Origin: a virus
Strand: one strand, 5' to 3'
Length of the DNA: 22,420 nt
IMG/VR virus record: IMGVR_UViG_3300009974_000001
Shown: in pieces, positions 8,284 through 15,600 of the stretch
Layout of the letters: every line of letters starts with the position of its first letter
Numbering within the stretch: the stretch's first letter is position 1
Notes under the pieces: model-generated
What the model was told of the DNA's origin: nothing
The model's database searches: none
Seen by the model: only the letters and a program-made list of their open reading frames with translations
Position numbers and translations under genes: made by a program

Positions 8284-9018
8284 ATGGCTAAGCAAAACGG
8301 GTTGGGCGACAATTTCTACGTTGGCCCATACGATCTGTCTGGAGACATCTCTGCACTTGGCACAGTAGGTGGAAGCGTAGGTACTCTGGACAAGACAGGC
8401 ATCAACAAGTTCGGATATGAAAGAATCGGTGGTCTCCGTACAGGAACCATGGAGTTCACCTCCCACTTCAACGATGCAGCAGGACAAGAGCACGTAGCAT
8501 TTTCCGCGCTTCCTTACACAGACGTTATCCTCTCGTACTTCAGAGGAACAACGCTGGGTAATCCAGCGGCTTCCATGACAGCGAAGCAGATCAACTATGA
8601 TGCGTCTCGCGGAGACGACGGAGACCTTACCTTCGCTGTCTCAGCACAGTCCAATGGATTCGGGCTGGAATGGGGAAGATCTCTTACCGCTGGGTTGAGA
8701 ACAGATACAGCAGCTACCAATGGAACAGCGATTGACACCACAGCTTCTGCTTCATTCGGAGGACAGGCTTATCTCCATGTAACAGCCTTTACTGGTACTG
8801 ACTGTACAATTACAGTAGAAGACAGCGCGGATAATATCACCTTCGCAACCGTGGATTCCTTTACTGTTGTTTCAGGTGTTACATCGGAACGTATCGTACT
8901 GGGAACTATCACAGAGACTCTTGACAGATATGTCAGAGTATCTACAACAGCAGGTACTTTCTCATCCGTTACATTCGCTGTCAATCTGGTAAAGAACACA
9001 GCCGCAGTAAACTTCTAG
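8284..9018 (+). CDS. Major tail (tube) protein with a C-terminal extension (244 aa)
   Basis: It lies between the tail terminator and the chaperone genes, with a strong SD (aggag). The N-terminal 125 aa or so are paralogous to the 9964-10383 product. Confidence 0.6.
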   Translation: MAKQNGLGDNFYVGPYDLSGDISALGTVGGSVGTLDKTGINKFGYERIGGLRTGTMEFTSHFNDAAGQEHVAFSALPYTDVILSYFRGTTLGNPAASMTAKQINYDASRGDDGDLTFAVSAQSNGFGLEWGRSLTAGLRTDTAATNGTAIDTTASASFGGQAYLHVTAFTGTDCTITVEDSADNITFATVDSFTVVSGVTSERIVLGTITETLDRYVRVSTTAGTFSSVTFAVNLVKNTAAVNF

Positions 9019-9039
9019 GAGACACAGAATGGAATAGCT

Positions 9040-9480
9040 ATGAGACCTCTTAACAGAGTGCCCGAAAAGGGACCAGCCCATGTGTACGAAACCTTCTCTA
9101 TCAGGGCACCTAAATCCACACACTGGACAAGAGCCGTATGTGAAGAAGTACAGTGTGCCAATTACACCAAGGGCTTCAAGGTTACCGTGCTATCCGATTC
9201 ACCACAGGCACACTACATCCGCCATGACAAGACCCGTAGCTGTACGGAGAACCGTCTGGCTGAGGGAATGGTGGAGTTCATCTACAAGCCTGGACAGAGA
9301 TGTTTCGCAGAGCACACCAAGAGACTGGAGCGTCCTGAGATCTTTACCGTACGAGGTGGAGATCACAGGGGGAATCCAAAGGGTACACCGACACGTACCC
9401 ACACTAAGGCAGAGTTCTGGGTCGAAGAGTTTGCAGAGACACAGGACAAAATCATCAAGGCCCTGGAACGCAGGGACTGA
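9040..9480 (+). CDS. Hypothetical 4-Cys protein (146 aa)
   Basis: Protein-like composition with CEEVQC, SC and RC. The motif FTVRGGDHRGNP is reminiscent of a conserved actinophage hypothetical family (recall). The nearest SD serves a 2-codon mini-ORF instead. Confidence 0.6.
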   Translation: MRPLNRVPEKGPAHVYETFSIRAPKSTHWTRAVCEEVQCANYTKGFKVTVLSDSPQAHYIRHDKTRSCTENRLAEGMVEFIYKPGQRCFAEHTKRLERPEIFTVRGGDHRGNPKGTPTRTHTKAEFWVEEFAETQDKIIKALERRD

Positions 9481-9512
9481 CTAGTTGTCCAGTCTTGGTG
9501 TATACTTGGACT

Positions 9513-9953
9513 ATGACTACTAAGACATGCACCAAGTGTGCCAAAGAAAAGCCAATCAACCAGTTCAGTTTGGCAAGACAGGGTAAGCGTGGCCCGGTAT
9601 ACAGAAGCAACTGCAAAGTATGCCAGGCCACGGATGCCCGTAAATGGTTCCACAACAACAAGGAACGCAATCGCGACAATAAGTTCCGTCATAAGTTGCA
9701 AGAAACTTATGGAATGACCGTGGAGGACTACTACGTTCTTCACGACCAACAGAATGGAGTGTGTGCTATCTGTGGAAATGAAGAAGCTAGCAAGCACGGC
9801 AAAACGGGAACAACATTCCGACTAGCGGTAGACCACTGTCACACGACAGGTAAGGTCCGAGGTCTACTCTGCCAAAACTGTAATCGAGCCATCGGACTGC
9901 TTGGAGATAACGCAAATAGGCTGCGTACAGCAGCTTCTTACTTGGAAAGGTAA
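9513..9953 (+). CDS. Recombination endonuclease VII family (HNH-superfamily) nuclease (146 aa from ATG 9513)
   Basis: CAICGNEE...LAVDHCHTTGKVRGLLCQNCNRAIGLLGDN is the classic Endo VII core. The N-terminal module CTKCAKEKPINQF...CKVCQATDARKW resembles that of the 7837 HNH. The track start at 9495 is a TTG. Confidence 0.85.
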   Translation: MTTKTCTKCAKEKPINQFSLARQGKRGPVYRSNCKVCQATDARKWFHNNKERNRDNKFRHKLQETYGMTVEDYYVLHDQQNGVCAICGNEEASKHGKTGTTFRLAVDHCHTTGKVRGLLCQNCNRAIGLLGDNANRLRTAASYLER

Positions 9954-9963
9954 GTGATTTATT

Positions 9964-10383
9964 ATGAAAGAGTCAGGCCTTGGGTGGACTACCCTCTCCG
10001 TTGACGATAACGGAGGTACCCTGAGAGACATTAAGAACGATGTCCGTTCCCTGGATTTCGCCACACCTCGTGGAGTAATCGAGACTACGGGTATCGATAA
10101 GTTTGCGTATGAGAGAATCCTTGGTCTGGTGGACTTCACCGGAACCATGAATGGAACTTTCAATGACGCTACCAACGCTTCTCACGATGTCTTCAAGACA
10201 ATCCCATCTGCTACTGCTGTAGCGCGTGAGATCAACATTACGGTATCGGGACAGAGCCTTGGAGTAACACCAGCGCTTACTGTTCTTCTTACCGACTATC
10301 CGCTATCCCGTTCCGATTCAGGAGAGCTTACCTGGGCTGTGCCATTCGCACTTGCCTCGGGTGATGTTCCTGCTTGGACCTAA
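9964..10383 (+). CDS. Tail-tube paralog (139 aa), N-terminal-domain-only copy of the 8284 product
   Basis: Hand alignment: TGIDKFAYERILGLVDFTGTMNGTFND against TGINKFGYERIGGLRTGTMEFTSHFND, and SDSGELTWAVPFALASG against GDDGDLTFAVSAQSNG. No SD upstream. Confidence 0.55.
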   Translation: MKESGLGWTTLSVDDNGGTLRDIKNDVRSLDFATPRGVIETTGIDKFAYERILGLVDFTGTMNGTFNDATNASHDVFKTIPSATAVAREINITVSGQSLGVTPALTVLLTDYPLSRSDSGELTWAVPFALASGDVPAWT

Positions 10384-10403
10384 TAACACAGAAGGAGACC
10401 CCA

Positions 10404-10817
10404 ATGGCTAAGAAGAAGGCGTTCAAGAGAAAGCCCAACATTATCACTGTCGTTCTGACAGGCGACTATGAAGGGCTTGAGGTAAACCTGAAGGCACTTA
10501 CAATCGGTGACTTCCGTGAGATTCTTCCTATCCTGACAAAGGCTGAGGAAGTGGAGAACAGCAATGACCTCCACGATATTCAGCAGCTCGTGGATGATAT
10601 GGTGGGAATTCTCGTCAAGAGAATCACCTCCTGGAATATGGAAGACGATGAGGGTCCTGTCCCTACTACAGAGATTGCCAATGAGGAGATTCCTCTTATC
10701 ATGGGTATCTTCCAGGGATGGACTCAGGCAATGACTGGGGTAGACAAGGAACTGGGAAAAGACTCAGTCTCTGGAGAGACTTCCCCAATGCCGTCGATCG
10801 TGATGGAAACACTGTAA
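10404..10817 (+). CDS. Tail assembly chaperone (G-like), 137 aa
   Basis: SD gaaggaga precedes ATG 10404. It lies immediately upstream of the tape measure gene, is acidic, and overlaps a -1 frame ORF. Confidence 0.8.
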   Translation: MAKKKAFKRKPNIITVVLTGDYEGLEVNLKALTIGDFREILPILTKAEEVENSNDLHDIQQLVDDMVGILVKRITSWNMEDDEGPVPTTEIANEEIPLIMGIFQGWTQAMTGVDKELGKDSVSGETSPMPSIVMETL

Positions 10818-10996
10818 GGAAGCCGTCAGAGCTTGCGGAGGCTGAGATGATTCTTGGCCTCTGCGAGCGCTTTCACTGTCTTCCTTCTCAGATTCTTGAA
10901 GAGGACGCATCACTGCTTCGATTGATCGTAATCGAACAGATGGGTAATCCAGAACCTGAGAGATACGAGGAAGACACATACGACGATTTCAATTAA
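10404..10996 (+). CDS. Tail assembly chaperone frameshift product (GT-like), made by -1 slippage at 10754-10760; about 197 aa
   Basis: The zero frame reads CTG GGA AAA. The -1 frame continues GGG AAA AGA CTC... into ORF 10718-10996, which has no start or SD of its own. Confidence 0.75.
10754..10760 (+). promoter_or_regulatory. Programmed -1 ribosomal frameshift slippery heptamer G GGA AAA
   Basis: X XXY YYZ is in the correct phase (10752 begins a zero-frame codon), inside the overlap of the two chaperone ORFs. Confidence 0.75.
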
Positions 10997-11012
10997 TTGA
11001 GAGGAGCCAGAA

Positions 11013-12551
11013 ATGGCCAGTACGGTAACTGTACATATTCATGCCGCAGCATCTGGTGTAGCCTCTGCTCTATCCAGCCTGAGATCTTCCATCGGTTCAG
11101 CAGCGAGCAGTATGATCTCTTCTCTGGGTTCTGCTATGTCATCTGCTGGTAGTTCCATTGCAGGTGGTTTGCAGACTGCATTGACTGGTGCTGGCTCCAA
11201 TCCTTATGTGCTTGCTGGTGTGGCAGCTCTTGTAGCTACGCTTGCTCCTGTTATCGGTACGCTTCTTGGTGGAGCTATTGTTCTAGGTGTCGGTGGAGCA
11301 CTTGCTGGTGTGGGAATCATGGCTGCTGCCAAGGCAAAGCAGGTACAGGATGCCTTCGGCAAGATGAAGGACACCATTGGTAAGACACTGACAGAAGCTG
11401 CCAAGCCTCTGGAACCAGTACTGGTTCACGTAGCTCAGAGTATTGAGTCTCTGGCAAAGGATGCCGGTCCTATGCTGAAGGAGATCTTCACTGGGATGGC
11501 TCCTGCATTGCAGTCGTTCTTCGATGCTGTGATGCGTGGATTCAGGGCTTTCGCTCCTGCATTGAAGCCTTTGTCTGAAGCGTTCAACATGATCATTACG
11601 GCTTTGGGACCTGTGTTTGAAGAGTTGCTGAGAGATCTTGGTGACGCGCTTGGTGACCTGGGAGAGACCTTCCAGAATAAGGATGTCATCGAGAGCTTCG
11701 TTGGTATCATCAATATGTTCTTCGAGATTCTTCCACTGGGTATTGACCTGATCAATATTCTGGCACAGTCAATGGCTGGCTGGAAGATCATGATCGAGAT
11801 TGTCATTGAGTGGATTCAGCAGCTTATCCAGTGGGTTGGCAAGATTGTCGGCAAGACAGTCAACTTCGCCCAAAAGGGTGCTTCCGCAGTCATTGGCTGG
11901 GTAAAGAGCATCATCGACTGGGTAAGAAACATCAAGAACAAGACCGTTGGATTCTTCCAGAAGGGTGCTTCTACGGTTATCGGATGGGTAAAGTCAGCCA
12001 TTGACTGGATTCGCAACCTCAAGGGCAAGACAGTATCCATCCTTCAGAAGGGTGCCGCAGGCGTTGTAAGCGCCGTAGGCGGGGCTATCAGTAAGATCCG
12101 CAACTTCGTAGGCAAGACTGTCTCTATCGGCGTCAAAGGCGCGGCAGCAGCTATCAAGGCTGTCCAAGGCGTTATTAACCGTATCAAGAACTTCGTGGGT
12201 AAGACAGTATCCATCGGAGTCAACTTCTTCAAGGGTGCTGGTTCCAAGTTGGCTTCTGCTCTTGGGTTCGCTCATGGTGGATATGTAGGAGCCGCACAAA
12301 GTGGTGGTCCAAGAGGTAATCAGGTCATTGTAGGCGAACGAGGACCAGAGCTTGTAGACCTCGCTCCTGGTTCACGAGTACGAAGCAATGACTCCACACG
12401 TACGATCCTTGCACAGGGTGGAGTAAGATCTACACCTATGCACATCACACTTCAGATCGGAGAGCAGAAGCTCGGTGAGCTATTGATTGATCCATTGAAG
12501 GGTGCCGTTCGTAAGCGTGGCGGAATTGTACAGGTCGTACTAGGACAGTAA
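11013..12551 (+). CDS. Tape measure protein (512 aa)
   Basis: It follows the G/GT pair. The N-terminus is Ala/Gly/Ser-rich and hydrophobic, there are internal 29-aa repeats, and the C-terminus has VIVGERGPELVDLAPGSRV. Confidence 0.85.
   Translation: MASTVTVHIHAAASGVASALSSLRSSIGSAASSMISSLGSAMSSAGSSIAGGLQTALTGAGSNPYVLAGVAALVATLAPVIGTLLGGAIVLGVGGALAGVGIMAAAKAKQVQDAFGKMKDTIGKTLTEAAKPLEPVLVHVAQSIESLAKDAGPMLKEIFTGMAPALQSFFDAVMRGFRAFAPALKPLSEAFNMIITALGPVFEELLRDLGDALGDLGETFQNKDVIESFVGIINMFFEILPLGIDLINILAQSMAGWKIMIEIVIEWIQQLIQWVGKIVGKTVNFAQKGASAVIGWVKSIIDWVRNIKNKTVGFFQKGASTVIGWVKSAIDWIRNLKGKTVSILQKGAAGVVSAVGGAISKIRNFVGKTVSIGVKGAAAAIKAVQGVINRIKNFVGKTVSIGVNFFKGAGSKLASALGFAHGGYVGAAQSGGPRGNQVIVGERGPELVDLAPGSRVRSNDSTRTILAQGGVRSTPMHITLQIGEQKLGELLIDPLKGAVRKRGGIVQVVLGQ
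11853..12260 (+). repeat. In-frame 87-bp (29-aa) tandem repeat array, about 4.7 copies, inside the tape measure gene
   Basis: Copies start at 11853, 11940, 12027, 12114 and 12201, each with aagac(a/c/t)gt. The peptide consensus is KTVxxxxKGAxxxIxxVxxxIxxIRNxxG. Confidence 0.9.
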
Positions 12552-12573
12552 TAGTAAAAAGATTTGTAGTAAA

Positions 12574-12603
12574 CTAGAGGGGTAGCGAAAGCTATCCCTC
12601 TAG
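12574..12603 (+). other. 13-bp hairpin capped by a GAAA tetraloop, between the tape measure and tail-tip genes
   Basis: ctagaggggtagc (12574-12586), gaaa, gctatccctctag (12591-12603), with one G-U pair. The U-tract (ctattt) is poor. Confidence 0.6.
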
Positions 12604-12637
12604 CTATTTAAGGGCACTACGTTTTAAGGAGACGATT

Positions 12638-15600
12638 ATGGTAGCAGTCGTGGCAAGTTCCGTAGCCACAAGCACAAACAACACAGACGCCACATCCGTA
12701 ACAGTAACAAAGCCAGCAGGTACAGCATCTGGCCACCTCATGATTGCTGTTACACATGGGTACACCGCAGATACTTTTACACCACCTACAGGATGGACAT
12801 TCCTGGAGCTGGAAGACGACGCCACTAATCTGCGTTCCAGAGCGTATATGAAGGTTGCGGGTTCATCAGAGCCTGCCAACTACACCTTTACCTTCCAGCC
12901 AGGCCCTGGCGGAGGGACCATTGGCGCATCCATTGTCACTTTCTCAGGACATGGAGGACTGGATTCCTACAACGTATTCGCTCCTGGAACATCTGACCCT
13001 GATGACAGCACCATCTTTCCTTTGGCACCTACCCGTGATGGAATCGGATATGCCGTTTACACATGGAGAGACACTACCTCTGACACAGTAACGTGGACAG
13101 GGGCAACTGAGTTGTTCGATGCGACTGCTGGAGACGCTGGTCTTACTCAGTACAGAGGGCAGTCAGGAGCATGGGAAACCTCTACAGCGGGTACTACAGC
13201 CTCCTGGTCAGTAAACCCGACCAACTCCATTACTCACGCTGTCAGATGGCAGTTCTTCATTGCTGACGCTGTGCCTGCCAATGAATCCTGGGCTTCCACG
13301 GGTACCGCTGTGGAGCTTGAAATCAATGGCACATGGACAGATGTGACAGATGACGTACGTTACGAGAACGGTATCTCCATTACCAGGGGAACCTCTTCCC
13401 AAGGAGGACAGGTCAATCCTTCCACTGCGGTACTGACCTTCAGCAATGCGGATGGAAAGTACTCTGTGCTGAATCCTACGAGTGAGTTCTATCCTTATCT
13501 GAATCTTACTGTGCCATGCCGTATCAGTAAGGCATATGGAACTGTGGCCGCTGAGTTCCTGGGATTCTACGACGTAGTAGCCGATCCTGCAAAGGGAGTA
13601 GACCGTTTCCGTACTCCTAGCACAGACAGCCTCAACATCACTGGAGACATTGATATCCGTGTGGATGTAGAACCAGAGACATGGAAGATGACTCAGGTAC
13701 TTGCCGCAAAGCACGGAGTACTCAACTTCGCCGGACCTGGAAGTACAGTATCAGGATGGGTGTTCTATCTGGATTCCATCGGTACTCCCAACCTTCTATG
13801 GGTGGACAGCTCTGGTGCCACAACTCTGAATGCCGCTGCAACGGCCTGTGTGGGCACAGAAATGCGTCAGGCTCTCCGTGTAACCCTGGACGTCAATAAC
13901 GGCTCCAGCGGCCACACAGTGACTTTCTACACGTCTTCTACGCTTGACGGTAGCTGGACTCAGCTAGGCAGTGCTGTAGTGGTGTCAGGTACAACGTCCA
14001 TCAACGCAAACACAATGGCTCTCACTGTGGGAGCTGTAGAACCGCTGATTGACGGAACAGATTTCACCTACTACAACAACAACGTTCCGCTGCCTCTGAC
14101 CAACACGGTACTGGACGCTGTACAGTCATTCACTCCTCCAGTGTTCAGACCTTTCCGTGGACGTATCTACGGTATGGAACTGAAGAGTGGTATTGCTGGT
14201 ACGACTGTGGCAAAGCCTACATTCGATACTCAGACCACTGGTACCAAGTCTCTTACAGACGCACAGGGCAACCTGTGGACTGCATATGGTTACGTAGTAT
14301 GTCACAACCGTAAGTACCGTCACCACGGAGAGATTACAGTATGGCCTCAGCCTCGTGATATCACAGGATCTGACGCATGGGTAGAAGTGGAGTCCACAGG
14401 AGTTCTCAACAGAGAGCAGCAGGGAACACCAGAAGAGAAGTCAGCCCTGTACAAGAGCTACACCAGTCCGTCCGGGAGCACAGATCTTCTGCCTGACGCA
14501 TACGGTAACTATGCTCTGCGTGGTCCTTACTATCCGGTGGCTTACTGGCCTATGGAAGACAATGCTCTTCCTGGTGCCGACACAGATGCTCCTGCTCAGG
14601 AACTGTCATGGTCTGCTATCGTACGTAACTTCCGTACTGGCAGAACACAGGAACCACAACCTGGTACTGTTACTGGAACAGTGGAGTTCGGTTCTGACAA
14701 TACGTTCTTCGCGTCCAAGTCAGCAGCCAAGTTCACTACAGGATCTATGATTCGTTTCCCTGTGCTCAATGCTGAGTCTGGAGCATGGCTGGCAGAGTTC
14801 ATCATCTATGCCCCAGATGGAATTACCAACGGTTCACGTATCGCAGAGGTGCGCCAGACTGGTGCAGACCGTATTGTTCGTCTGACTTACTCTGCTACGG
14901 ATACTCTTGTCCTTACGGTTCATGACGCTTCAGGTACTCAGATTGCTACATCAGGTTCTATGTCCGCAGCTATTAACCGTCGTCACAACAGACTGAGTAT
15001 CTTTGCTGATGGTGTGGGTGGCTACAATCTGCTGTACGAGAACCAGTCTGACCGTGTAGCTACCAGCCTGGGAAGTGCTATTGGTACTACTACGGGACGT
15101 ATCTACGAAGTAAGACTCAATGCCAATCAGACTATGAATGGTGTGTACCTGGCGCATCTTGCGGTATTTGATGGGGAAGATGCAACTACATATCCTTATG
15201 GTTCAGGTAAGATCTCTTCTCTTTCTCAGGCTTCTGATCTTGACGCATGGAGAAGAGAACCAGCCGCAAGAAGAGCAGAACGTCTTACCTGGGAACAGGA
15301 GCTGATCAACTACAACATCGGTGATGGTGGACCTTGGATGGGTCAGCAGACCACTAATAGTTACGTATCGTCCATGCAGGAAGTACAGGCTGTGGATATG
15401 GGTTACTTGTATGAGCCTCGCCAGGTTCTTGGACTTGGTTACCGTACTCGTACATCCATGTACAATCCTCCTCCTGTCCTTGAGCTGAGCTATGAGAGCA
15501 ATGATCTCTCTGGTACGTTCTCTCCTGTCAGAGATAACCGTGGATCTGTCAATGACATTACTGTGGAGAAGGAATTCGGAGCAAAAGGCCGCTATGAACT

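Noticed and set aside
7969-8493. 174-aa - strand ORF spanning the HNH and tube gene junction
   Set aside because: It is antisense to two supported genes, with a hydrophobic, Cys-rich shadow composition and no RBS.
9080-9484. 134-aa ORF in the +1 frame, almost co-extensive with 9040-9480
   Set aside because: Its translation is Arg/Ser/Thr/Pro/His-rich and unprotein-like, and it has no SD. The 9040 frame has balanced composition and a recognisable conserved-looking motif. A true overprinted gene cannot be excluded without comparative data.
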